Notes: a model not told the origin generated them from the letters alone. A DNA stretch of 52,633 bases from Candidatus Jorgensenbacteria bacterium RIFCSPLOWO2_01_FULL_45_25b (GCA_001781035.1 MFKK01000034.1:1-52633), one strand, 5' to 3'. Counted from the stretch's first letter, positions 17,967-26,767 are shown. Numbers and translations: made by a program.

Positions 17967-18140
17967 ATCGGGCGAATTTCTAATTCCTAATTCCTAAATA
18001 GATATTGTTTTTTGAGTTCCGAGAATAGACCTATTGCGTAAAGATTGTTCTACTGCAATTTCAAAATCATGGCTGAAACTTGTCAAAAAAAGTTCACAAG
18101 ATACGTTGTATATTGCTCACTTTTTTTGATTTCGTTTCGC

Positions 18141-19379
18141 TCATGATTTTGAAATTTCGTGACGAAAATCTTTGCGCAGTAGGTCTAATTTATTTTCTTT
18201 AATTGCCGTTCGGATTTGTTCCATAAGGTTGTTGAAGAAGAAGACGTTGTGGATGGTCGCGAGGCGGGCGGCTGAAGGCTCTTTCAGCTTGAAGAGTTCG
18301 TGGAGGTCTTTGCGGCGGATGTTTTTTTCACCGCATGTTTCGCAGGCGCAATTCTTTTCAATCGGTTCGGAGTTTGTTTTTTGACCGCCTTTCATCATAT
18401 CAATCGCGCCGTTTTTCGTCCAAAGGCGTCCATGTCGCGCTTCGCGGGTCGGAATCACGCAGTCAAAGGTATCAATTCCCGCTTCCACGCCGTCAAACAA
18501 GTCTTCTATTTTTCCTATTCCAAGAAAGTGGCGCGGTTTTTCTTCAGGGAGTAGAGGGAGCGTCCAATCCAAAATTTCAAACATGTTGTTTCGCGATCTT
18601 CCAAGAGAGCCTCCTATCGCGAAGCCGTCAAATGGCAGAGAACCGATGTATTTCGCGCTTTCTTCCCGAAGGTCGCGAAATTCTCCGCCCTGTACAACTC
18701 CATAGAGCAACTGTTGTTGCTCTATGGAGTTGTAAGTTGAAAGTTGCAAGTTTGCTTTTGATTCGTGTTCTTCTAGGCAGATTTTTTCCCACGCGTGCGT
18801 GCGGGCGAGAGATTTTTTTGTGTATTCGTAATCGTGAAGCGGAGAGGTGCACTCGTCAAAGGCAATTATGATGTCGGCTCCCAATTTATGCTGAATTTGT
18901 ATTGATTCTTTGGGGCCTAAAAACTGCTCTTCTTTTTCCGTTGTCCCCCCCACATCGCTCGGGACAAGAAAATATGCGCCTTCATCCGTAATACGAACAC
19001 GAGATCGTAACTCGTAAGATTTACGAGTTACGATCTCGTAAGATTTTTCTATTTTCCCTACGCCGTGCTCCCGGCTGGAACCAAGGCTAAATACCTGAAA
19101 ACCGCCCGAATCGGTCATGATGGGGCCCTGAAAGCCAAGTTCGTTGTGAACTCCCTGGTATGTTTTTAACCCCTCGTTTCCCAGCCGTTGCCAGAGATGG
19201 TAGGTATTCGCAATCACAACCTGTGTTTTGGTTTTTATCAGGTCTTCCGGCGTTAGGGTGCGCACTTTCGCGTGGGTGCCGACAATGACATAGGCGGGGG
19301 TTTCAATGATGCCGTGAGAAGTGTGAATTGCGCCCGCGCGGGCGCGGGAGGTTTTGTCTTTTTTCTGGATTTCCAGCAT
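18141..19379 (-). CDS. tgt: Queuine/guanine tRNA-ribosyltransferase with two palindrome-derived in-frame insertions
   Basis: Motifs 'DSGGFQVFS', 'AFDECT', 'GVVQGG', 'FDGFAIGG', 'DCVIPTR' and the zinc motif 'CxC..C' are present. It aligns with E. coli Tgt except for extra segments of about 30 and 11 aa. Confidence 0.9.
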   Translation of the reverse strand: MLEIQKKDKTSRARAGAIHTSHGIIETPAYVIVGTHAKVRTLTPEDLIKTKTQVVIANTYHLWQRLGNEGLKTYQGVHNELGFQGPIMTDSGGFQVFSLGSSREHGVGKIEKSYEIVTRKSYELRSRVRITDEGAYFLVPSDVGGTTEKEEQFLGPKESIQIQHKLGADIIIAFDECTSPLHDYEYTKKSLARTHAWEKICLEEHESKANLQLSTYNSIEQQQLLYGVVQGGEFRDLREESAKYIGSLPFDGFAIGGSLGRSRNNMFEILDWTLPLLPEEKPRHFLGIGKIEDLFDGVEAGIDTFDCVIPTREARHGRLWTKNGAIDMMKGGQKTNSEPIEKNCACETCGEKNIRRKDLHELFKLKEPSAARLATIHNVFFFNNLMEQIRTAIKENKLDLLRKDFRHEISKS

Positions 19380-20425
19380 TATTTAAGAAGTCCCAGGTCT
19401 TTTACCGTTACTATAATCATAAGAAGGACGAGCGCAAGAAAGCCCGTCGCGTTTGTGATTGCCTGAACTTTGTGAGAAATGTTCCTTCTGGTTATTTTTT
19501 CAATAAGAAGAAAGATAAATCTTCCGCCGTCCAGGGCCGGAAAGGGAATGAGATTTAAAATGGCAAGATTTAATGAGATGAGCGCCATAAGTTGGGCGAG
19601 ATAGATTGCGCCCATTTTTCCCGTTTCATTCGCAACCTGAAAGATGCCAACCGGACCGGTTACCTGGCTTAGCACATCAGTCTTTCCAAACAGTCCCGCT
19701 ATCAGCGTGAGTATCCCCCCGCCTATGAGGCGTATGTTTTCAATCGTGCTTTTTGTTCCTTCTAAGATGTTTTTTGGAAAGGGACTTTTATCAAAACCGA
19801 TTTCAATCAGGTTTACTCCCAACGCTCCCTCTCCTTCGGGCGGATTTATTCTCGGCGTTATTTCTTTTTCCAACACCTCTTCTCCTCTTTGAATTGAAAG
19901 ATGAATCGTACTGCTTTCTTTTTTTATCAGCTCAACAAATATTTCAGAAACTATTGGGTCTTTTAAATTTTCCCTGTTTATTTTTGCTTCAAGAATAATG
20001 TCACCGGATTTCAGTCCGACTTGTTCGGCGGGTGAATCGGGCGCGATGTCGCTTATGATGAGATGTTTCGGAACGCCTATGGTAAATATGATGATTATGA
20101 TTATCCACGCGAGAAGTATATTTGAGGCGATGCCGGCAAGAACGATTACGGAGCGCTTCCATACGGGTTTGGAGGAAAAGGAAGTTTCGTTTTTTTGTTC
20201 CGAAGCTTCCGCGCCGTTTTCCCCGAATATTTTTACGAAGCCTCCCAGAGGGAAGAGATTTAAGCTATACACCGTTTTACCGATTTTTTTCGCGATGAGG
20301 CGTGGGGGGAAGCCGAATCCGAATTCTTCCACGCTTACTCCGCATGCTTTTGCGGCAAAAAAATGCCCAAGTTCATGAACCAGGACGAGGAGGGCGAGAG
20401 AGATGATTACTAGTAACAATATCAT
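19379..20425 (-). CDS. RseP-like site-2 (M50) zinc metalloprotease with PDZ domain
   Basis: The 'HELGHF' motif is followed by a PDZ-like segment and C-terminal TM helices. I took the ATG at 20425; a TTG at 20434 is an alternative. The stop overlaps the tgt start by 1 nt. Confidence 0.85.
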   Translation of the reverse strand: MILLLVIISLALLVLVHELGHFFAAKACGVSVEEFGFGFPPRLIAKKIGKTVYSLNLFPLGGFVKIFGENGAEASEQKNETSFSSKPVWKRSVIVLAGIASNILLAWIIIIIIFTIGVPKHLIISDIAPDSPAEQVGLKSGDIILEAKINRENLKDPIVSEIFVELIKKESSTIHLSIQRGEEVLEKEITPRINPPEGEGALGVNLIEIGFDKSPFPKNILEGTKSTIENIRLIGGGILTLIAGLFGKTDVLSQVTGPVGIFQVANETGKMGAIYLAQLMALISLNLAILNLIPFPALDGGRFIFLLIEKITRRNISHKVQAITNATGFLALVLLMIIVTVKDLGLLK

Positions 20426-20434
20426 AATTGACAA

Positions 20435-20496
20435 TCTCTAAATCCTAATTTCTAAATTCTAAACAATCTCAAAATTCAAATAATCAAAAAACATTT
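20435..20496. repeat. AATTTCT-family half element filling the frr / rseP spacer
   Basis: The sequence 'caatctctaaatcctaatttctaaattctaaacaatctcaaaattcaaataatcaaaaaac' shows the same heptamers plus the 'AAACAAT.TCAAAA.TCAAAT' core as the other copies. Confidence 0.75.
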
Positions 20497-21042
20497 TTAT
20501 TCTGAAATTTCTTTTATTTTGCGCTCAATAAGCTCCTCAATTTCTTGATTCGCTTTTTCCGTTGCTTTTTGTATTTCATTGCGCTCTCTGAATTTCTGGT
20601 CTTCATTTAGTTCTCCTCCTTTTTCCTGTCTCTCAACTTTTTTATTTGCTTCGTCTCTTGCTCCACGGATTTGAATTCTATTCTCTTCCCCCATCTTTTT
20701 TATATGTTTTGTGAGTTCTTCCCTTCTTTCTTTGTTTAATTCGGGCAAAAACACGCGAATTGTATTTCCTTCGGTATTCGCGGTGAAGCCAGTATGAGAT
20801 GACTCAATCGCTTGAGTTATGCTTTGGGCGGCTTCTTTATCCCACGCCTGAATTTGGATTTCCCGCGGGGGGAGAATACTGATAGAACCAAGTTGTTTTA
20901 TGAGCATGGATTGCCCGTAACACTCAGCTTTTATGTTTTCTATCATTCCCGCCGACGGCCTATTTGTGCGCACGGAGGATAGTTCATCTTTTATTTTTTG
21001 AACGATGCCTTTTGTTTGATGTTTAAATTCATCGGAAAGCAT
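20497..21042 (-). CDS. frr: Ribosome recycling factor
   Basis: The 181-aa protein shows the pattern 'VRTNRPSAGMIENI...LPELNKERREEL.K' typical of RRF. Confidence 0.9.
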   Translation of the reverse strand: MLSDEFKHQTKGIVQKIKDELSSVRTNRPSAGMIENIKAECYGQSMLIKQLGSISILPPREIQIQAWDKEAAQSITQAIESSHTGFTANTEGNTIRVFLPELNKERREELTKHIKKMGEENRIQIRGARDEANKKVERQEKGGELNEDQKFRERNEIQKATEKANQEIEELIERKIKEISE

Positions 21043-21055
21043 ATGTTTGAAAAAA

Positions 21056-21811
21056 TTAAATCATTTCGCTTATCGCTTTTCTTTGAAGTTTTTGATTAAG
21101 ATTCAGGCGTTTCGCGACCTCTTCTTTATGAAGGAGAAATGCCAGGCTTTTCGCGTTTTTTATCGGATGTTCCGAATATCTTTCTATGATAGCCGATTCA
21201 ATACTCTCGGCAAGTGTCGGCTCTTCGTTTTTTTCTATTGGTGGAGGATTCAGGAGATTAAGGGCCCTTCCGATGCTTCCAAAACTCTTTTTCGCTATTT
21301 CCGCCGCTTTTTTTTCTGAAGCGCCTTCCGCGAGAAGGCAGGATTCAATCTGTTTTTTTGATGAGGATTTGAAGTATATTTTTATGAGACGCGATCGCAG
21401 AGCTTCTGAAAGACTGTCGGGATGTTTCGCGATGAATATGATAAGTCCGCAGGGAGGCGGTTCCTCGGTTATTTTTAGCATCGCCGGAACGGCTTGTGGC
21501 GTCAGTTTTTCCGCGTTGTCTATGATGACGAGTCGTTTTGTTGACCGCAGAGGGGTTTTCCCCAAAAATCTTTTTACATCTCTTATTTCATCTATGCCGA
21601 TTCCTTTTTCTCCCTCAATATATGTCGTATCAAAAAGCGGACGGTTTTCCGCGTCAAAGATATTATATTCAAGGAAGTTCGCTATTCCTCTCGCGAATGT
21701 TTTTTTCCCCGCTCCTTTTTGGCCGAAGAAGAGGTAGGCGTCGCTTAATCCATCTTTTTCAATGAGATTTTTAAAAAGAGCGATTTTTTCTTCTAGGTCG
21801 TACAGCATCAC
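21056..21811 (-). CDS. holB: DNA polymerase III delta' subunit-like AAA+ protein
   Basis: The P-loop 'GQKGAGKKTFA', 'VIIDNAEKLT' (Walker B / sensor region) and 'TEEPP' are present. The protein is short at 251 aa. Confidence 0.7.
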   Translation of the reverse strand: MMLYDLEEKIALFKNLIEKDGLSDAYLFFGQKGAGKKTFARGIANFLEYNIFDAENRPLFDTTYIEGEKGIGIDEIRDVKRFLGKTPLRSTKRLVIIDNAEKLTPQAVPAMLKITEEPPPCGLIIFIAKHPDSLSEALRSRLIKIYFKSSSKKQIESCLLAEGASEKKAAEIAKKSFGSIGRALNLLNPPPIEKNEEPTLAESIESAIIERYSEHPIKNAKSLAFLLHKEEVAKRLNLNQKLQRKAISEMI

Positions 21812-21902
21812 TTGAGATTTATAGAGATTCGTAGAGATTTGTTGTTCATAAATCTTTATTGATTTCTACAAGCCTTACGAGCAAGGCGAGTTAGTTTCTA
21901 GA

Positions 21903-22913
21903 TTATCGCCTGGCGCTCAACAATGTTCGCTTGTAAACATCAATGTGGCTTAGCACAATCGCGGTGCCTTTGGCGACACAGAAGAAGGGGTCTTCCGCGA
22001 CGAACGCTTCCACTCCCAGAGAGCGTTTAATAAATTCGTCCAGGTAGCGGAGCTGGGAGCTTCCTCCCGAAAGAATCATTCCCTTTTCCATAATGTCCGC
22101 CGCGAGTTCGGGTGGAGTTACGTTAAAGACCGATTGTATGGAGTTTACGATTTCTACTAGGAAGGGATTTATGGCTTCCGCCACTTCGTTTGAGTTGATG
22201 ATGATATTTTTTGGAAGACCCGTCATAAGATCTCTTCCGCGCACCTTTACATCCGCCTTTGTTTTGTTGGGAAGCGCGGAGCCCGCCGTTATTTTGATAT
22301 TTTCCGCGGTACTTTCTCCTATCGCGAGCCCGTATTTCTTTCTCGTGTATTCCGTGATTGCCTGGTCAAATCTGTTTCCCGCGATTCGGAGACTTGACCA
22401 CGCGACGATTCCCCCGAGCGAGATGACGGCAACTTCCGTTGTTCCTCCCCCGATATTCACGATCATATTTCCTTCGGACGAGTGAATAGGGATGCCGGCT
22501 CCAAGCGAGGCGAGAAGGGGCTCTTTTACGAGAAAGACCTCCTTCGCTCCCGCTTCTTTTGCCGCGTTTGTAACCGCGCGCTCTTCCGTTGAGGTAATTC
22601 CGGCAGGAACGGAAATGACGACTTCGGGCTTGAAGATGTTAAACGCTCCAATACTTTTTTCAATAAAGTAACGGAGCATTGCCTGCGTGATATAGTATTC
22701 CGCTATCACCCCCTCTTTTAAGGGGCGGTAGGTTATGATGTTTTCCGGCGTTCTTCCCACCATTTCTTTCGCTTCCGCTCCAACCGCGAGAACGGAATTT
22801 TCCGGCTTTTTTAAGGCAACAACTGTTGGTTCGTTAATCACGATGCCCTTGTCCGGAAGAAAGACGAGCGTATTGGTTGTTCCGAGGTCAATTCCTATTT
22901 TTCTTGTAAACAT
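21903..22913 (-). CDS. mreB: Rod-shape determining actin homologue MreB
   Basis: Motifs 'IGIDLGTTNT', 'NIGGGTTEVA' and 'ILSGGSSQL' are present. Confidence 0.9.
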   Translation of the reverse strand: MFTRKIGIDLGTTNTLVFLPDKGIVINEPTVVALKKPENSVLAVGAEAKEMVGRTPENIITYRPLKEGVIAEYYITQAMLRYFIEKSIGAFNIFKPEVVISVPAGITSTEERAVTNAAKEAGAKEVFLVKEPLLASLGAGIPIHSSEGNMIVNIGGGTTEVAVISLGGIVAWSSLRIAGNRFDQAITEYTRKKYGLAIGESTAENIKITAGSALPNKTKADVKVRGRDLMTGLPKNIIINSNEVAEAINPFLVEIVNSIQSVFNVTPPELAADIMEKGMILSGGSSQLRYLDEFIKRSLGVEAFVAEDPFFCVAKGTAIVLSHIDVYKRTLLSARR

Positions 22914-22952
22914 ATTTCAAGCGTAAAACGTAAAATGAAAAGAGAAAAACAA

Positions 22953-24224
22953 CTACGACTTTACTCGCTGAATGCTGGCGCCGAGAGCGTTTAGGCGTTC
23001 CTCAATACGCTCATATCCGCGATCTATTTGGTAAATATTTCCAACTTTTGATTCTCCTTTCGCTGTCATGGCGGCAATTAGGAATGCCAGTCCCGCGCGG
23101 ATGTCGGGGCTTTCAATTTCTCTTCCTCGCAGTTCTGTTTTGCCCCTCACGAGCACGCGATGAGGGTCGCAGGTTGTGATTGTCGCTCCCATCCGGTTTA
23201 GGTCTTCAACATAGTTTAACCTCCCCTCAAAGACCGTTTCAAACACCATACACTCTCCTTCCGCCTGTGTCATTAGAACGGCGAAGGGAGACTGGAGGTC
23301 TGTCGGGAAGCCCGGGTATTCTTTTGTTTTAATATCAACGCTTTTCAGGCGCTTCGCGGCGGTAACTCGGAGCCAGTCCCCTCCTTTTTCTATTTCAACG
23401 CCTGCTTGTTCCAGTATCGCAATCGGTACCGCTATGTCTTCCGGACTACACTCCGTTATTTTTATCGGTTTCCCGAGAAGACTTCCTAGCACGAGAAAGC
23501 TTCCTGTTTCAATACGGTCGGGGATTGTTTTTATTGCTTTTCCGCGAGATTCAAGGAGCGTTCCTTCCGTCCCCTCTATTTCTATCGTATGCGTTCCCGC
23601 TCCCTTGATGCTTGCTCCGCACTGGTTTAAAAATTCGGCAAGCGCGGGAATTTCCGGTTCGCACGCGGCGTTTTTTAGGATTGTTTTCCCTTTCGCGAGA
23701 ACGGCGGTCATCATCAATGTTTCGGTCGCGGTTACGCTTATATTTTTAAATACGATTTCGGCGCCACGCATATGTTGAGATTCTATCCGATACCCGCTTT
23801 TTGTTTCTTCTATATTCGCTCCCATCGCGCTCCAGCCTTCAATGAAAAAATCTATCGGGCGTTTTCCTATCACGCATCCTCCCGGGTGCGGAAAGAATAC
23901 CTCTTTTTCTCTCGCGAGAATTGGGCCGGTCAGCACAACCGAAGCTCGGATTTTTTTTGCTATTTCCGGGTCAATGTCTTTTCCTCCCACTTTCTCCGGA
24001 TTAATTATCATTGTTTTTCCTTCAATTTTTATATCTGCTCCCAAATTTTCCAGCAATTCCGACATTCTTTTTATGTCTTCCACTAAGGGTATGTTTTCAA
24101 TGACGAGCTTGTCTTTAAACAACAAAGAAGCCGCCATTGATTTTAGCGCCGCGTTTTTCGCGCCGTTTATGCGCGTCTCTCCTTCTAACCATTTTCCTCC
24201 CTGAACGATAAAGTGTGGAAACAT
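22953..24224 (-). CDS. murA: UDP-N-acetylglucosamine 1-carboxyvinyltransferase
   Basis: Motifs 'GAKNAALK', 'PGGCVIGKRPID' (active-site Cys loop) and 'IDRGYERIEE' are present. Confidence 0.9.
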   Translation of the reverse strand: MFPHFIVQGGKWLEGETRINGAKNAALKSMAASLLFKDKLVIENIPLVEDIKRMSELLENLGADIKIEGKTMIINPEKVGGKDIDPEIAKKIRASVVLTGPILAREKEVFFPHPGGCVIGKRPIDFFIEGWSAMGANIEETKSGYRIESQHMRGAEIVFKNISVTATETLMMTAVLAKGKTILKNAACEPEIPALAEFLNQCGASIKGAGTHTIEIEGTEGTLLESRGKAIKTIPDRIETGSFLVLGSLLGKPIKITECSPEDIAVPIAILEQAGVEIEKGGDWLRVTAAKRLKSVDIKTKEYPGFPTDLQSPFAVLMTQAEGECMVFETVFEGRLNYVEDLNRMGATITTCDPHRVLVRGKTELRGREIESPDIRAGLAFLIAAMTAKGESKVGNIYQIDRGYERIEERLNALGASIQRVKS

Positions 24225-24297
24225 GAGTGTTTTTAATGTATCAGAAGGAATGGAAAAATGGAAATTTACGGAGAAAATGGGAGATGAAAAAAAGAGA

Positions 24298-24497
24298 AGG
24301 GGGAACCGATAGTTCTCCCTGACTCTTAGTTAGGCTTTAGGCGTTAGGCTCTAGGACGACTAGTATAAGAAGCTAACGCTTCTTCCATTGTTGGGTCGCT
24401 CACTCCATTCGCTCTTTGAAACCTTGCGGTTTCAAAGCTTCCACCACAGGGGAACCGATAGTTCCCCTGACACCCCTCCTTCCAACAGCGTAAGAAG
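24298..24497. repeat. Duplicated rpsI 3'-end / hairpin region with an inserted TAGGCTT-type array
   Basis: 'aagaagctaacgcttcttcca(c/t)tgttggg' occurs at 24492-24520, where it includes the rpsI stop codon, and again at 24367-24395. 'gg(g)gaaccgatagttc(c/t)cc(c)tg' occurs at 24449-24469 and 24298-24321. 'taggctttaggcgttaggctctagg' lies at 24330-24354. Confidence 0.7.
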
Positions 24498-24992
24498 CTA
24501 ACGCTTCTTCCACTGTTGGGGTCTTCTTGCCTTTCGGAAGCCCGGTTTTTTGCGCTCAACTTCTCGGGAATCTCTTCGGAGATACCCCGATGTTTTTAAC
24601 GGAAGGCGCCATTTTTCGTTCAAAGCATTTAATGCTCTGGAGAGTCCGAGGCGTACTGCTTCCGCCTGACTGGATTCTCCTCCGCCGCTTACCTTCGCGG
24701 TCATTTTGAAGGCGACGCTTAAAAGATTTAAAGGAGAAATCGCGATTTGCAGAAGTTTTTCTTTTTTAAAGTAGTCTTTTAAGTGTTTTTCATTTATCTG
24801 AACTTCCATGTCTCCTCCCGATATTAGGCGCGGATTTTTTTCATCTCTTGTCGCGACATCCTTTAGCGGTTTTGACGTGCTCGGGTATATCCGCACTCTC
24901 GCGGTCGCGGCTTTTCTTCTTCCAATTCCTTCCACGTATCGGTCTTTATTTTTTGGTTTTTCAACTGGTTTTGTTTTTGCAATTAGTGCCAT
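24498..24992 (-). CDS. rpsI: 30S ribosomal protein S9
   Basis: The motif 'GIGRRKAATARV' and the C-terminus 'GFRKARRPQQWKKR' fit S9. I placed the start at ATG 24992, 5 nt after the rplM stop, not at the ORF-track start 25019. Confidence 0.9.
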   Translation of the reverse strand: MALIAKTKPVEKPKNKDRYVEGIGRRKAATARVRIYPSTSKPLKDVATRDEKNPRLISGGDMEVQINEKHLKDYFKKEKLLQIAISPLNLLSVAFKMTAKVSGGGESSQAEAVRLGLSRALNALNEKWRLPLKTSGYLRRDSREVERKKPGFRKARRPQQWKKR

Positions 24993-24996
24993 ACGT

Positions 24997-25356
24997 TTAT
25001 TCTTCAGTTTTTGAAACATTCTCTATAATCAATTTTTTTAGGCGTTTTGCCTGAAGTTTGTTTTTTGGAAGCATGAGGCGTACCGCTCTTCGCAATACCC
25101 ATGACGGGTCTTTTTCAAATTTTTTCGCGTACGAAACTTCTTTTAAGTGTCCGAGCGCTCCCGCGTGGCGGTAGTATATTTTTTGTTCCCGCTTTTTGCC
25201 CGATACTTCAATGTGTTCAATATTTTTTACGATTACCCGATTTGTTCCCTCTATTCTTTTCTCGTACGAAGGGATTGTTTTTCCCTGCAAAATAACCGCT
25301 ATTTCCGTAGCTAGTCTTCCTAAGCGTTTTCCTTTTGCGTTTATGTTGTAATCCAT
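24997..25356 (-). CDS. rplM: 50S ribosomal protein L13 (short form)
   Basis: The pattern 'GKRLGRLAT.IA..L.GK...Y' fits L13, and the gene lies upstream of rpsI as in the conserved rplM-rpsI pair. Confidence 0.85.
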   Translation of the reverse strand: MDYNINAKGKRLGRLATEIAVILQGKTIPSYEKRIEGTNRVIVKNIEHIEVSGKKREQKIYYRHAGALGHLKEVSYAKKFEKDPSWVLRRAVRLMLPKNKLQAKRLKKLIIENVSKTEE

Positions 25357-25545
25357 AAGTATTTAATCTCTAATCTCTAATTTCTAATCTCTAAATAATC
25401 TCAAAACTCAAATATCAAATGTTTAAATACTTTTACGTTTTAATTTCTAATTTCTAATTCCTAATTTCTAAACAATATAAAAACTCAAATATCAAATTAA
25501 AACATTAGGTTCCTGCGCGACTTGAGGTTCCCCCCCCGTGCCTTT
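25357..25545. repeat. Two tandem AATTTCT-family elements filling the rplQ / rplM spacer
   Basis: 'aatctctaatctctaatttctaatctctaaataatctcaaaactcaaatatcaaat' is followed by 'taatttctaatttctaattcctaatttctaaacaatataaaaactcaaatatcaaat'. Confidence 0.8.
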
Positions 25546-25896
25546 TTATACGAATTCAATTGTTGCTTTTTTGCTTCCGTCGCCGACCCTTCTTTCGGTA
25601 TGTTTGATGATTCTCGTGTATCCGCCCTTGCGGTCTTTATATCGTGGCGCGATTTCGTGATATATTTTATAAACTGTTTGTTTCGGCAGTTTGCTTAAAA
25701 GAAGGCGCATGGCGCCGATGTTTTGTTTTTTGCCGTGCGTTATGAGGCGTTCCACGAACCTTCTTGTTTCCTTCGCCCTCGTTTCGGTTGTCGTCATCTT
25801 TCCATGTTTAATAAGGTTTACCGCCAAACCTTGCAAGAAGGCCTTTCTTTGCCCCTTCTTTCTTCCAAATTTTTTTCCTTCTTTTAGATGTCTCAT
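25546..25896 (-). CDS. rplQ: 50S ribosomal protein L17
   Basis: 'MRHLKEGKKFGRKKGQRKA...' is the L17 N-terminus. The ATG is at 25896-25894. The ORF-track extension to 26103 overlaps rpoA. Confidence 0.9.
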   Translation of the reverse strand: MRHLKEGKKFGRKKGQRKAFLQGLAVNLIKHGKMTTTETRAKETRRFVERLITHGKKQNIGAMRLLLSKLPKQTVYKIYHEIAPRYKDRKGGYTRIIKHTERRVGDGSKKATIEFV

Positions 25897-25972
25897 GCTA
25901 TCTCGCCGAATAACGAATTTCGTACGAATGTACGAATTTTCCTGGATTCGTATTTGATTTGATATTCGTTGA
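25897..25972. repeat. ACGAATA-family repeat filling the rpoA / rplQ spacer
   Basis: The sequence is 'gctatctcgccgaataacgaatttcgtacgaatgtacgaattttcctggattcgtatttgatttgatattcgttgatta'. The two halves are inverted relative to each other. Confidence 0.75.
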
Positions 25973-26767
25973 TTATCCTTTTTTCTTCGCGGTTTTCTTT
26001 GTTTTTGGTTCCTTCTTCTTTTCTTCTTTTTCGGTTTCCTTTTCGGTTGTTTCCTCTGATATGTTCTGTTTTTCGAACACTTCGGATGAAAGCATTTGTT
26101 CAAAGTGTTCTTTCAGAACGCTTGTCGCTTTATGAAGAGCCTCACTTGGAGTTATTGAGCCGTCGGTTTCAATTTCCAGTTTTATTTTGTTGTAGTCCGT
26201 TTTTTCTCCGACGCGCATGTTTTCCACATCAACATCAACTCTCATCACTGGAGAAAAGATGGCGTCCAGAACAATCGTTCCTATGGAGAGCCGTTCCGTT
26301 CTTTTTTCTTCCGAGGGGATATACCCAAGCCCTCTTTCCACGACGATTTCCATGTCCAACTCGGCTGTTTTTTTGGTGAGTGTGGCGATGCGCAGTTCGG
26401 GGTTTACAATTTCCACAAACGAATTTGTTTTTATGTCTTCCGCCGTTATTTCTCCCTCCCCCTTACCTTTTAGCGAAAGAGTTTGAGGTTCCTCTGTAAA
26501 GAGTCTAAATCTTACTTTTTTTAAATTCAGCGTGAATTCCACGATGTCTTCCATCATTCCCGGAAGCGTGGAAAATTCATGGTCTATTCCCTTGATTTTT
26601 ATCTGGGTAATTGCCGCTCCCGGCAGAGAAGAAAGAAGAACTCTGCGGAGCGAGTTTCCTACTGTTTGACCGTATCCGGTGTATAATCCTTCAATCGTAA
26701 ATACTCCGACATTTTTTTGTTCGGATATTTTTTTTACGCTTACCGATTCGTATAATGATTGGTTCAT
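25973..26767 (-). CDS. rpoA: DNA-directed RNA polymerase alpha subunit, N-terminal domain only, with a Lys/Glu-rich tail
   Basis: The alpha-NTD motif 'GNSLRRVLLSSLPGAAI' is present. The protein is 264 aa and ends 'EKEEKKKEPKTKKTAKKKG'. No alpha-CTD-like helix-hairpin-helix segment is present. Confidence 0.85.
   Translation of the reverse strand: MNQSLYESVSVKKISEQKNVGVFTIEGLYTGYGQTVGNSLRRVLLSSLPGAAITQIKIKGIDHEFSTLPGMMEDIVEFTLNLKKVRFRLFTEEPQTLSLKGKGEGEITAEDIKTNSFVEIVNPELRIATLTKKTAELDMEIVVERGLGYIPSEEKRTERLSIGTIVLDAIFSPVMRVDVDVENMRVGEKTDYNKIKLEIETDGSITPSEALHKATSVLKEHFEQMLSSEVFEKQNISEETTEKETEKEEKKKEPKTKKTAKKKG

Noticed and set aside
18056-18086. A possible TTGACA-N17-TGAAAT promoter for the P-type ATPase gene.
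   Set aside because: The -10 hexamer lacks the highly conserved A at position 2, so the call is too weak to make from sequence alone.
25897-26103. The 69-aa N-terminal extension of the rplQ ORF ('MNKCFHPKCSKNRTYQRKQPKRK...').
   Set aside because: It overlaps the rpoA coding region and the ACGAATA spacer repeat. The L17 homology starts at the internal Met (MRHLKEGKKFGRK).
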